A DNA stretch of 63,320 bases, filler included, from Octopus bimaculoides (taxonomy: Eukaryota): the NCBI RefSeq assembly GCF_001194135.2. It is 8 parts of 8 records of this genome, joined end to end, with 100 filler letters (N's around TTAATTAATTAA, not from the genome) between each part and the next. Parts side by side here need not be neighbours in the genome. Positions count along the whole stretch, not along the records: positions 23,150 to 27,514 come from NC_068981.1; positions 27,615 to 54,217 come from NC_068986.1; 6 more parts are not named here. The stretch is one strand, 5' to 3'. Made by a program: the position numbers and the translations under genes. The notes below the pieces were generated by a model, which was not told where the DNA came from, did no database searches, and saw only the letters and a list, made by a program, of their open reading frames with translations. Every line of letters starts with the position of its first letter. Positions within the stretch are counted from its first letter, which is position 1. This document shows positions 25,141 to 37,140 of this stretch, piece by piece.

Positions 25141-25690
25141 TGTTCTAGTCTACTATTACTTAATTTAAAATGGTAGGGTGTGATTTCAGGGAGATTTGAC
25201 TACTATTTCCAGCATGTTGAGTTATCGTACAGAAGCTTCTCTCTTGGACTCTGAGACCAACTGACATGCATTCACATCAACTTACATGGAGTAAAATATT
25301 GTTAGACACTATGCAACAAGAAGAAAAAAGTCTCTCTCTCAGTGAGCTTAGTAGCTATATCTGGGAGCTTAAGGACAAAAAAATAGAATATAGACTAGAA
25401 TGGTGCATACTCGTAAAAACAACTTCTTACAGCTCTACCAATAGACGCTGTGATCTCTGTTTAACCAAACACCTGGTAATTCTAATGGCTAAACCACTTC
25501 TTCTTAATTGAAAATATGAGAAAACAAGTTTTGTCTACATATAGGCCTCTTTGTCTTTTCCAAGTATCGGTAAACCCACTTGACCCTGTACAAATCCTAC
25601 GCTAGCTTCTTCATCTAAATAATACCATTTAGCTGGGAACCACTTAAACTACTTACATGCAAACATTCACCTCCCAACCTCACTCGCTTT

Positions 25691-26524
25691 TTTTTTTCTT
25701 TTTTTTTCCACCCTTTTAAAGCCTAGCCAGGCTCATGGGCCCAGTTTCCCGGTTTCTATGGCGTCTGTGTTCCCTCCAACTGAACGGGACACCAGTCCAT
25801 CGCAGCATTACTCAAGAAACAGGAAGAAAGAGTGAGAGAAAGTTGCGGCGAAAGAGTACAACAGGGGTCGCCACCACCCCCTGCTGGAGCCTTGTGGAGC
25901 TTAGGTGTTTTCGCTCAATAAACACTCACAACGCCCAGTCTGGGAATCGAAACTGCGACCCTCCGACCGCGAGTCCGCTGCCCTAACCACTGGGCCAATG
26001 CACCTCCACAATAAATAAATGCGCCCTTTTAAAGCCTAGCCAGGCTCATGAGCCTGGTTTCCCGGTTTCTATGGCGTATGTCTTCTCCAGCTGGACGGGA
26101 CACCAGTCCATCACAGCGTTACTCATTTTTGTCAGCTGAGTGGACTGGAGCAATGTGAAATGAAGTGTTTTGCTCAGGAACACAACGCGCTGCCCGGTCC
26201 AGGAATTGAAACCACAATCTTACGATCATGGTGCTGACACCCTAACCACTAAGCCACACACCTCCACAAAATAAACGCGCCCTTTTAAAGCCTGGCCAGG
26301 CTCATGGGCCTGGTTTCCTGGTTTCTATGGCGTATGTCTTCTCCAGTTGGACGGGACGCCAGTCCATCACAGCGTTACTCATTTTTGCCAGCTGAGTGGA
26401 CTGGAGCAACGTGAAATGAAGTGTTTTGCTCAAGAACACAACGCGTCACACAGTCCAGGAATTGAAACCACAATCTTCCGATCATGATGCTGACACCTTA
26501 ACCACTAAGCCACATGCCTCCGCT
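25691..26524 (-). mobile_element. head-to-tail SINE trimer (E, E, D/E chimera) inside one 13-bp TSD
   Basis: units 26269-26524, 26011-26268, 25691-26010, each with A/B boxes and the same GGCTAGGCTTTAAAAGGG tail; CCTCACTCGCTTT at 25678-25690 and 26525-26537. Confidence 0.9.
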
Positions 26525-26882
26525 CCTCACTCGCTTTACACACTCCATGATAAATTATTTTAGACCTACACAGGGCTTCCTCTATTACTACAAACTTCCT
26601 GAGTAATTTGGATAGAGTTAGCCCCCTTTTCACCATGAGTTAGAGTTAATCCCCTTTCTTTATACCGCCGGTGAAGTCTAGCCAGAATAAATACATGGAA
26701 AATATGCTCTTACTTAAACTTGGGACTACTGATCAAAATACCCTCCATCCTACATCCACTTTGCAGCAGAATTATCAACTTGGAAATCCACTATAATGTA
26801 AAACTCACCATTCTTTGTCTTTATTCTCGTTACCAATGTATCCCTATATCTTTTGCTCTTCTTACCTCTACATATGACTATG

Positions 26883-26934
26883 CATTCTGATGATGTCTAC
26901 CACTGCAAATGGTAAACAGAAACAATCATAAATG
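26883..26934 (+). ncRNA. degenerate type I hammerhead ribozyme
   Basis: CATT-CTGATGA-TGTCTACC-ACTGCAAAT-GGTAAACA-GAAAC-AATC-ATA-AATG; stems I and II present, stem III and triplet mutated. Confidence 0.55.
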
Positions 26935-27050
26935 TTCTATTACTACCACTTTTCTATATTAATTAATTAAATTAATGGCTTACTAGCGCAAACGACCAAC
27001 TTCTTCCTGTTATTTTTCTTCCATTTTCTTCTTGCATACATATATGTATT

Positions 27051-27089
<39 letters not shown>

Positions 27090-27165
27090 CCATTATAGCA
27101 TGTAATATGCTGTAAAAGAACATTTTCTCTACATATGAAAACTATGAACATGTTTATATTATAAA

Positions 27166-27510
27166 TTAGCAGAGATACCCGGTGTTGCCCGTGTTACATG
27201 CAATTGAAAAATGAGACTTTTCTGTTATATTTTCTGTAAGGAACTGGAATACATATGATTCGAATTTCATCAAAATTGCACATGAGGGTTCTTTCCCTTT
27301 TTACACACCCTAAAAAAATTCTAATCATGAGACATGTATCCCATACTATTGAACTTTATGCGCATATTCCAAAATTTCAGTCTTCTGGAACCTGTAAAAA
27401 AGATTTTGCTCCTGCAAAATGGAGCTCATGGAGCTCTAAAATGTGGGAATGAAGGCCCCTATTGGGGGTGGGGGTGTTAATGTCAACCAGAGAAGTTGAA
27501 TTGTTGGGAA
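27166..27510 (-). mobile_element. non-autonomous Helitron 3' end
   Basis: minus strand ends CACGGGCAACACCGGGTATCTCTGCTAAT: GC-rich subterminal motif plus CTAA (variant of CTAG). Confidence 0.55.
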
Positions 27511-27614
27511 TGTTNNNNNNNNNNNNNNNNNNNNNNNNNNNNNNNNNNNNNNNNNNNNTTAATTAATTAANNNNNNNNNNNNNNNNNNNNNNNNNNNNNN
27601 NNNNNNNNNNNNNN

Positions 27615-27673
<59 letters not shown>

Positions 27674-27894
27674 ATGTGTTCGTCTATGTAGGAAATTGAT
27701 ATTCTCGTAGGCGTAAATCTTGTGTGGGAGATGTTTATGAATGGATATATGAATAAACTCTGTCGCGTATATATATGTAGGTATATATATGTGTGTGTGT
27801 GCGTGTGCATGTGTGTGTGTGTGTGTATGTACATACATATGTATGAACACACTTATACACATACACATGTATGTACACAGTGGCATGATAATAT

Positions 27895-27945
<51 letters not shown>

Positions 27946-28543
27946 NNNNNNNNNNNNNNNNNNNNNNNNNNNNNNNNNNNNNNNNNNNNNNNNNNNNNNN
28001 NNNNNNNNNNNNNNNNNNNNNNNNNNNNNNNNNNNNNNNNNNNNNNNNNNNNNNNNNNNNNNNNNNNNNNNNNNNNNNNNNNNNNNNNNNNNNNNNNNNN
28101 NNNNNNNNNNNNNNNNNNNNNNNNNNNNNNNNNNNNNNNNNNNNNNNNNNNNNNNNNNNNNNNNNNNNNNNNNNNNNNNNNNNNNNNNNNNNNNNNNNNN
28201 NNNNNNNNNNNNNNNNNNNNNNNNNNNNNNNNNNNNNNNNNNNNNNNNNNNNNNNNNNNNNNNNNNNNNNNNNNNNNNNNNNNNNNNNNNNNNNNNNNNN
28301 NNNNNNNNNNNNNNNNNNNNNNNNNNNNNNNNNNNNNNNNNNNNNNNNNNNNNNNNNNNNNNNNNNNNNNNNNNNNNNNNNNNNNNNNNNNNNNNNNNNN
28401 NNNNNNNNNNCAGAACATAGAATAACGTTTTCCAGCTGGGAATGTGTAATGGCATCTTTGTGTGGGGGAGGACGATAATGGCGGTGGTTGTGGTGGAGAT
28501 GGTGGTGGTGCCGGTGATAGTCAAGATGGAGTGCGGTAACTTT

Positions 28544-28588
<45 letters not shown>

Positions 28589-28791
28589 GCATGCGTGTTT
28601 GAGTGTGTGTTGTGTTGTGTTGCACTGGGTGTTTCTCTCTGCATAGGTGCGGACGGAATGCCTTGCGGTTAAGAAGTTTAATTCGCAATCACGGAGTATT
28701 GTTTTCGATTCTGTGAGAAACATAGGTTTGGTATGTCCCTGTGGAACGGTGGACTGTACCCGTAATTTTAAAGTCAATTTTGTCATACATT

Positions 28792-28887
<96 letters not shown>

Positions 28888-29587
28888 TCTATATACATAA
28901 CTACTTATTTAATTACAGAATGACTGTTAGTCTGCAGACGTTTTTCTTCTTGATGTAATTCTTCCATGTCATCCTGAATCTACCTCGGGTTAATATTCAG
29001 GGTGGGATGCTATCGTGAAATGTCTATATGGCCTTTTGTCTTAACAGAAGTAGCAGCCAGCTATCACTCAAATCGCATCCTACCACCTGGGACACTGAAA
29101 AGCCATGGTTTGGCCGGTCTCTGATCGTAGTTCTAACGGAGGAGGAAAGTTCAGTTCGGAGTAAACAACAACAACAACAGCAGCAACAGTAACAATAGTC
29201 AGACCAAAGTAACATTTGTTACACAATCCTGCTGTTGTTGTGTCAAATGACTTCTATTCACAACTTCCTGCCGCCTCAGCAGTTTCCAGCAGACATTCTC
29301 CCCCATCCCCACCTCCACATTATCAAAACATCTTTGTGTCCAAACGGACCCAACCATTCATCACCTACATTTGCAATCTTTAAGACATTCTATTTGTCCC
29401 TTCCTAATTCCGATGTGGTTTTTTTGTACGTGTAGGGTGTCTATGCGTGAGCATGTATATACCTTATATATGTGTGTGCGTGTGGGTGTGTATATATGCT
29501 TACTCACACGCACGCACATACACAGACACGTGCACACTCACACATATATGTATTGAGAGAGAAAAGTATGTAAGCATATATGCATAC

Positions 29588-29797
29588 CCGAAATGCCGCA
29601 CCCCAGCAGCTTATCTTGGTGACGCCGCCAAATTGAACAAAATACTTATCGTACGTGTTGAAATCGTGGTGATATTTGGTCCAGACCTGACGAGCCATTG
29701 AGCATGTCTGCGTCTTTTGTGTGTGTGTTTTCTGTTTCTCCGTATGTTTCTTTGTCGTTTTCCTTCGTACGCAAACAAGATTTCCTTGTAAAGTCAA
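29588..29797 (-). CDS. candidate exon, unknown product
   Basis: acceptor CATTTCCATGTCTTCTAG and donor CGG/GTATGC; 210 nt open in phase 0; the alternative phase-1 frame reads VDFTRKSCLRTKENDK...PRFQHVR-stop. Confidence 0.2.
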
Positions 29798-30029
29798 CTA
29801 GAAGACATGGAAATGCTTAACGGTAAATGCCATAACCGAAGTTCGATTCTTGTAATAGTCGTTCGGGTTTTAGGTTTCTTCCAGATTGTCACCTTTCTTC
29901 CCAGCAGAGGTTACACAATAAATTCTCAAATACACTTCTGAGTTAATAAATATATACTCCCTATGCTTGTAAGGGGGACGGGCCGTGCTTTAGAGACGTG
30001 AGACAAACTTGAATTAAAAAAAAAAAGAT

Positions 30030-30145
30030 ACTGATTTCATATTTTGGCACAAGGCCAGCAATTTATGCTGAGTGGACTTGTCGTTTACACCGACCTTTGT
30101 ACTCAACTGGTACTTATTTTATCGACCGCGGAAGGATGAAAATAG
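30030..30145 (-). mobile_element. SINE family B 3' fragment (GTGCCAAAATATGAAA tail)
   Basis: TTTTGGCACAAGGCCAGCAAT...CAACTGGTACTTATTTTATCGACC..GGAAGGATGAAA. Confidence 0.7.
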
Positions 30146-31342
30146 GTGTTTTCTTGACTGATATTCATTCTCCTTGTTATATACACTTGGCACCCGATCT
30201 TCCAATACATTTCACGATGTCAGTCAACTCTGTAGCAACATCCTTCGCGTTTCAGACATGAAACCCTCTCAAATCGTCGTCAACATTTTTTCATTCTATT
30301 TCTGAAACATCAAGGCAGGTCACACCCCTTCGTGGTGCTGCTTTTACATTATCCCACACAACCAACGAAGTAAAGTACATCTTTTGTGTTGTCTTTGTGA
30401 TAATTGCATTAAATACCGATTTGTCTCTTAAAACCGTTCTTTATTGTCCCTCATTTTAATGTTGTACAACTTATTAAACTTGTACTAGGCGTTGGTATTG
30501 TTATCTAATGAATATCAGACTCTCAGGTAAGTTTCGCGATTACACGCGGAGATCCTGAAGAAGGGAACTGGCAGACAGCCATTGAAGGAAGATGTTACCT
30601 GCAAACAAGCACAGAATTGTTTATAAACTGTAAGAAGCGAATACTCTTGTTTTGAAATCTATGTAATTTACCTTAATAAATCTCTTTAATGTTTTTCTGA
30701 GAGTCTTTCATAACAGGACTTTTTAAATAATGTCATTACAGACAATTATTACCTCATCTATCACACTTTTCACGAAGAACGAGCAACAAACAAGAACACA
30801 TTTTTTCGTATTCTTTAATATATGTCTTGCTAGTGTGTGTCATATCTTTCATATATTTCATAAGACAAAAGTACTTTACTTTTATAGAGCACAGTATCAG
30901 GGGTGTATACGAGAAGTTTGATTTGGTGGCGAGTATGTTGTGATAGCATTTCTCTTATACACGAGTTCAACTCTGGGGTGAACTGAACAGTTGTCAAGAA
31001 TAAGAATTTAGTTTATATATTTCTGTTAGTTTATATTCTAATAAACGTAAAGTCAATCATGTCACGTCTATAATTTTTGATAAGATTAGTATTTTTAATA
31101 ATATTGTTTAACATTTTTCTATCTTAATATAAGTATTTTTATATACATTCATTTGTTATTTATTGTTGGTTGATATATACATTCTTTTTATTATTATTGT
31201 TGTTGTATTTTGACCTGAAGATTAGCTATATCTTTGAATAGAATTGATTTTCAATCGATTTAATCGATTTTCAATCGATTTAATCGATTTGAATATATTT
31301 TATTTTCTATTTGAAAACTTGTTTTGAAACACGTGTAGTATA

Positions 31343-31505
31343 TATATACGACGGGCTTCTTTCAGTTTCCGTCTACCAAATCCACTCACAAGGCTTTGGT
31401 CAGCCCGAGGCTTTAGTAGAAGACACTTGCCCAAGGTACCACGTAGTGGGACTGAACCCAGAACCATGTGGTTGGGAAGGAACTTCTTACCACACACCTA
31501 CGCTT
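31343..31505 (-). mobile_element. SINE family A copy
   Basis: near-consensus CGACGGGCTTCTTTCAGTTTCCGTCTACCAAATCCACTCACAAGG...GGGACTGAACCC. Confidence 0.9.
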
Positions 31506-31537
31506 GCACGTATACATACATATACGCATGCATACGC

Positions 31538-31575
<38 letters not shown>

Positions 31576-31789
31576 CCGCTACATGTGAGCGTTTGATCAC
31601 CCCAGTGCACAAATGCGCTCATGTAGTTCCACCCTTGGAATTTAGAATATTTGTAGCCAGTGGACTATTTTCTCTTCTCTTCTGTTGACGCCCTTCTAAC
31701 GTCCGTCACCAATGCAAAGCGGTGCCATCCGCACTATACACCATTACGAACCTGCTCAAGACACACCCAAACAGACATGAACGCACGTG

Positions 31790-31833
<44 letters not shown>

Positions 31834-32675
31834 NNNNNNNNNNNNNNNNNNNNNNNNNNNNNNNNNNNNNNNNNNNNNNNNNNNNNNNNNNNNNNNNNNN
31901 NNNNNNNNNNNNNNNNNNNNNNNNNNNNNNNNNNNNNNNNNNNNNNNNNNNNNNNNNNNNNNNNNNNNNNNNNNNNNNNNNNNNNNNNNNNNNNNNNNNN
32001 NNNNNNNNNNNNNNNNNNNNNNNNNNNNNNNNNNNNNNNNNNNNNNNNNNNNNNNNNNNNNNNNNNNNNNNNNNNNNNNNNNNNNNNNNNNNNNNNNNNN
32101 NNNNNNNNNNNNNNNNNNNNNNNNNNNNNNNNNNNNNNNNNNNNNNNNNNNNNNNNNNNNNNNNNNNNNNNNNNNNNNNNNNNNNNNNNNNNNNNNNNNN
32201 NNNNNNNNNNNNNNNNNNNNNNNNNNNNNNNNNNNNNNNNNNNNNNNNNNNNNNNNNNNNNNNNNNNNNNNTACTCTCACACACATTTAGTCTCACACAC
32301 AGTCACACTAAACGCACGCATACACCCTCCACACATACGTCACACACATACACAACGAAACGCATTCACACTCCCCCCCCCACACACTTCTGCCTATACT
32401 CTCAGACACATCCTCACATCCTCAACGAACACCCCCACACACACACACAGTGTCTATGTGTCTGCTGCTCCCTTACAATGTTATATGTTCAGCTGTCATT
32501 GTCCTGTCAACATTATTGTATTGACTCGTTAGCAACAACAGCTAAATTAGATCCTCTTACAATTATAGATGGGTACCATTGAGAGGTACACCTCAGTGAA
32601 GCGTCTAGTTCTCTTAAAAACAGGTACCATAAAGAAGTACAATTCAATGCTGTACCAAATCCCCTTAAAGGTACC

Positions 32676-33003
32676 ACGGTACTAGCAGAATCGTTAGCGC
32701 GCCGGGTGAAATGCTTAGGTTGACTTTGCCTTTCATCCTTTCGGGGTCGATAAATTAAGTACCAGTGAAACACTGGGGTCGAGGTAGTCGACTAGTCCCC
32801 TCCCCCACAATTTCAGGCCTTGTGCCTATAGTAGAAAGGATTTCGTCCGTCTTCACGTTCTAGGTTCAAATTCTGCGGAGGTCGACTTTACCTTTCATCC
32901 TTTCGGGGTCGATTAAATAAGTACCAGTCACATACTGGGGGCGATGTAATCGACTTAATTCCTGACTTCAAAGTTGTTGCCCATGTGCCAAAATTTGAAT
33001 CCG
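32676..33003 (+). mobile_element. SINE B with a 5'-truncated SINE B (32719-32842) nested inside
   Basis: two consecutive GTCGACTTT.CCTTTCATCCTTTCGGGGTCGAT blocks with different tails; host head resumes at TTTCGTCCG (32841). Confidence 0.8.
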
Positions 33004-33004
33004 A

Positions 33005-34330
33005 TATAAATAAAAGATGGGGTGGTCACAACTGGAACGTCTATACCATGAAGAAGAAGTACGGTTCATGTAATGTACTCTGCACCCTCAACTATAAATA
33101 GTTACCCGGCAGAGACACAGTTCTTTGCTGTACCCAGATCTTTTAACTGTAAATAGGGAAACACTGATGGAAGAAGCGGAAGCATTGTATAACTGACGAG
33201 TGCTTTCTTAAATTTGTTGCTATTTGTATTGTTTAACAGCATCTAATCGGATTTGATGAGCCAGCTATGACTAACCCATTAGTAATCTTAACTCTAAGCC
33301 AGCAAAGCCACCCCCATCTTTAGATCTAATTTTGTTTTCCTCCAGCCATGACCATCTAGTCAAATGGAATGACACAGTGAACAATATATCTTGGACTACA
33401 TTCTACAACGTGTCTATTCGTTTCACGGTATTCCTGGCAGACAGAGCGACCGCGAACACCTTTTCTCGTTGTGCTCCTCGTCGCTGCTGTTGTTGTTGTT
33501 GTCTCGTTGAGGATGTTGCTGTTGTTGTTACTGTTGTCCTCGTCGCTGTTGGTGTTGTCTTTACCGTTGACACTGTTGTCGTCGACGACAACGACCACCA
33601 AAATCCCTTTGGATTCATTAACTTAATGCTTCCTCATATTTCTCGGCCCACGACTGTCCCTACTTTCTGCAAATGACGTAAATTGAAATGACAGACGACT
33701 TCGGCAAAGAATCAAACGTTTGAAATTTTCAAATCAAAATTTTACACTTCACCGCTTTCTGGTTGTAGTCGTGACGGTGGTTTTACATCAGCCTTGATCC
33801 AGTAGACATTGTAGTCATAGACGTTCCAGTTGTGACCATCCCATCTTTTATTCCGGTATAATGTATCTAGTTCGACATTATCTTTGTGGTTGCGTTGACG
33901 TTTCACTGTTACCATAACAGCCAACGTTATTTCTTATTTGAAAACTGAGTCAATGGGGACGAGTCCCAACTCGATGATGTCTCCAAGCGGTTTAAATGCA
34001 CAAATCTCCGATACCCAAGTGGCTAAAAAGTGTCAGCAGAAGGGCACCCAGGAGTTATGATCTGGATGCAGCTCGGCCCGGCCCCTTTAGAGTGTAAGAA
34101 GTTAAGGGCTGGGTTGCATCTTTGGGTTTCTTCTCTGAACACCTTCTTCACTTCAGGTCTCTTGAGATTTTCTTACCATTCTGTTGTGTCCTCCATACTT
34201 GTTTACTTAATGCATCTAAAACTTCAATATTTAATGTGTCCTTCCTATCTGCTAAAGATGATTGGATGTGCTGGTAGTTGGATTTTGTTACTATTATTAG
34301 CAAGTCGAGCGACCCTGTAATAGCCTCTAT
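33005..34330. mobile_element. cluster of repeat F fragments (33005-33050 +, 33340-33420 -, 33770-33875 -, 34150-34330 -)
   Basis: TAAAAGATGGG(G/A)TGGTCACAACTGGAACGTCTAT on both strands; AGGAAGGACACATT and AATGTAGTCC.AGATA blocks. Confidence 0.55.
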
Positions 34331-35019
34331 CATTTGTGACGTTATAAAGTTTCCGAATAGCAGTAGTGAAATGGTGGGTGTACAGAGTTACCCAAAGGCA
34401 AAATGATGGTATTAAACTACTAAAAAATTGCTGCACGAATTATATTTTATGTATAAATTATATAAATAGTTGCAAAAACCTTTCAGAAAAACAGGCGAGG
34501 AGTTAAGTAAAATATGTCAGATTTTGCAATGACTAAACAAAGAGAATGTATATTGTATTTATTAACTGGCATAAGTTGTTTAATTATCATATATTTTGGT
34601 AAAGGTTCCCCTATTCAAAAAACCAACAAAAACAACAACCATAGCAAAACTGAACAACAACACAAGTGTCCAACTATCACAACAACAAGAACAATAACAG
34701 CAACAGTAACCAACAACAACAAACTCAATAACAACACAATTATAGACACCAACAAAAACCATAACAACAGCAATGACAAATAATATAAATTTACTAATGT
34801 ACAATATATGAGGAGTATGTATATATCAGGAACATTGTAAATGTGTGCAAGTGTGTTGGTGTTGGGGCAGAATCAAACTATCAATCTTATACCGGAGGTT
34901 TCATACAATTTCGCTTATTATAACCGCTGACAGCTTCAATAGGACGTTTGTGTCTACATTCAGACACACACTCACACAAACAAGCAAGCACATGCGCACA
35001 CAAACACACGTGCACGCAC

Positions 35020-35780
35020 ATATGTGTATAAACGGGAAGAACATCAATAACCTTAGATATTTAGCTATGTGGACGACGATACTTCCTTATTAACTTTGAA
35101 CAGAGATGACCTACAGAACCTTGTATCTATAATAAATGACAAAAGAATGTCCTCTCGAATTGAAATGTGTTGTAAAGAAAACAAAATCAATGGAAAGAAC
35201 GACAGAAAGAGAGAAGGAAACAAATCACCGAACCGAGTATTAGATTTGTGTGGGGTGGGGGAGCCACGGGAAATGAGGCAGCAAAGATTCTATATTCGGG
35301 ATATATGGACTAAGAGAACGAAGAATGTGAATTAGAAATGAAAAGAAGGAGTGAGGTAAGATATTAACAAGGAGAATGATTAATTTTAAAGAAAGGCAAA
35401 GGTTATTAAAATGTTATTATTTATGGTCTGCGGTATTGCATGGAACTGAAGCATGGATATTAAGGAAGTATTCTTAAATAAATAACGAAAGTTTAGGCTG
35501 CAGACATAGAGAAGACATTTAAGGAAATGGTGAACAGAACACAATAGTATTGAGGAAAGGAAAAGAAAGAGGAAAAGCAATGAGAATCTTATTCGATATC
35601 TTGAAGGAGAGTAAAGTAAAATATATAGGAAACTTAATTATAAATATAGGTCTCAGACAATTTTCATGAAAGGCAAAATGGATGGGAAAAGTAGAAGAAA
35701 GCCAGACATTACTTGGATGGATTTGGCTTGCAAGATTCTTGGTGTGGATTGGTGTGTTGTAACAAATTTTGTGGTGACTT
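35020..35780 (+). mobile_element. RTE-clade (BovB-like) LINE relic, RT to C-terminus
   Basis: INGKNINNLRY / YVDDDTSLL...DDLQNLV; VLHGTEAWILRK; KYIGNLI...FMKGKMDGKSRRKP.ITWMD match RTE GRNINNLRYADD, YG.E.W and EGK..G.R.RGR. Confidence 0.75.
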
Positions 35781-36648
35781 GGGAAGATCATTACGGCCAA
35801 TACGTGTGTTATTAGTATTGGCGTAATGAACTTCCCACGACACAATACTTCAATGGATATCATTAATAATTGGGTTGATTTAGCAACATTCAATAAATGT
35901 ATAAGGACAGTGAAAGAAATATCGAGATATTGATTCCTTGTATTCAAACTGTTGAAAGGCAGACGATACTGGATGGTAGTGATATAAAATAGCGTATGTA
36001 TACGTACATATATACTTAACGAGATATCTGTTCTTCCTCCGTGAGGCACCAGTTTAGCATAGCTAGTGGTCATAAGATGAAAGGTGATAACGAGAGAAAA
36101 GACAAGAATAGCTCTAATATCATAACTATTTAATGACCCTAAAATAAATAAATATTCGGGGCCACGACGGACCCTCAGAGAATAAGTTCCTTTCCAACAA
36201 GACACCCAGTCATCAAAACACATGTTCCTACATCAATTGTTGATCTCTTTCCAAATTGGCTACATCCTATCACAATAAATCGATACATCATATCTTTCCC
36301 ACTTCTATTATTGTAATTATTTTTCTTATCTTCGAGGAGAGACATTTAATCCTAAATATGGCTTCTACAAAACATGTTTCTCCCCTCCCGAGGGGGAAAC
36401 TAATATATAAGTTTCTGTTTCTCTTATTTGTTTATGATGACTTTTGAAATACAATTGAATTTTCAAAGCGCTGAGTTAGTCATCCGATGTCTTCTAGCAG
36501 GTTAGATGCACACACATTTTCATGCACTAAGAAGAACGCACACAAGCACACACATACACACGCACGCGTCTATATGTACATAAGTGTATGTGTGTATAGA
36601 GACAGGTAGATAGATAGATAGATAGATAGATAGATCCACTGTAACATT

Positions 36649-36863
36649 CTTTTCTACTCTAGGCACAAGGCCCGAAAATTTTTTTACGGGGGCAGTCAAT
36701 TAGATCAACCCCCAGTACATAACTGGTACTTAATTTATCGACTCCGAAAGGATGAAAGGCAAAGTCAACCTCGGCGGAATTTGAACTCAGAACATAAAGA
36801 CAGACGAAATACCGCTAAGCATTTCGCCCGGCGTTCTAACGTTTCTGCCAGCTCGCCACTTTA
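36649..36863 (-). mobile_element. SINE family B, full length, with 17-bp TSD
   Basis: AGATCCACTGTAACATT (36632-36648) / AGATCCACCGTAACATT (36864-36880). Confidence 0.9.
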
Positions 36864-37140
36864 AGATCCACCGTAACATTGAGACAAGCTCTGCTGTCTC
36901 CAACACCCACCTTGATGGCCTTCGGCCTGCTGGCTCCTGAGATACGCAGCATGTTGTAAACTCTGCAGAGAGAGTAGCTTGCAAACCTGCATCTTACCTC
37001 GATGAGATCTCACCTCGACGAGTTTCCTTTCCGTCCACTGCTTTGGCATAGCTTCATCAGCTCAGCATGTTTCCTCCCCTTATTCTCATTTGTCTCCTTG
37101 AAGCTGTCTTTCCAATGAACGGAGTTCCAATAGAACCACC
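36864..37140 (-). mobile_element. second HERO-like RLE fragment
   Basis: with frameshifts: VLLEL.VHWKDSFKETNENKGRKHAELMKLCQSSG...IEVRCRFASYSLCRVYNMLRISGASR...ETAELVSMLRWIL. Confidence 0.7.

Larger units (their letters stand above)
25266..26940 (+). mobile_element. Penelope-like element 3' part (GIY-YIG C-terminus, 3' UTR, hammerhead) split by a SINE trimer
   Basis: SELSSYIWELKDKKIEYRLEWCIL...RRCDLCLTKHLVIL...LLN matches the PLE ELS.YIW.LK...W.I...C.LC..EK...LLN motif; hammerhead motif at 26883. Confidence 0.7.

Noticed and set aside
29048-29191. Plus-strand acceptor followed by SSQLSLKSHPTTWDTEKPWFGR...QQQQ-stop
   Set aside because: Short, ends in a CAA microsatellite, no homology recognised, no partner exon.
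30150-30420. Possible RTE C-terminal remnant (LLRWLCG) on minus
   Set aside because: Only one short motif amid many stops; not enough to call.
32570-32675. Cluster of GGTACC/GTAC words
   Set aside because: No periodicity or larger structure; compatible with chance.
33742-33924. ORF MAVMVTVKRQRNHKDNVELDTLYRNKRWDGHNWNVYDY resembling a receptor tail
   Set aside because: Its core is repeat F (same TAAAAGATGGG.TGGTCACAACTGGAACGTCTAT occurs at 33010 on the other strand).
35519-36223. 234-aa minus-strand ORF
   Set aside because: No recognisable domain; overlaps an RTE relic coded on the opposite strand.
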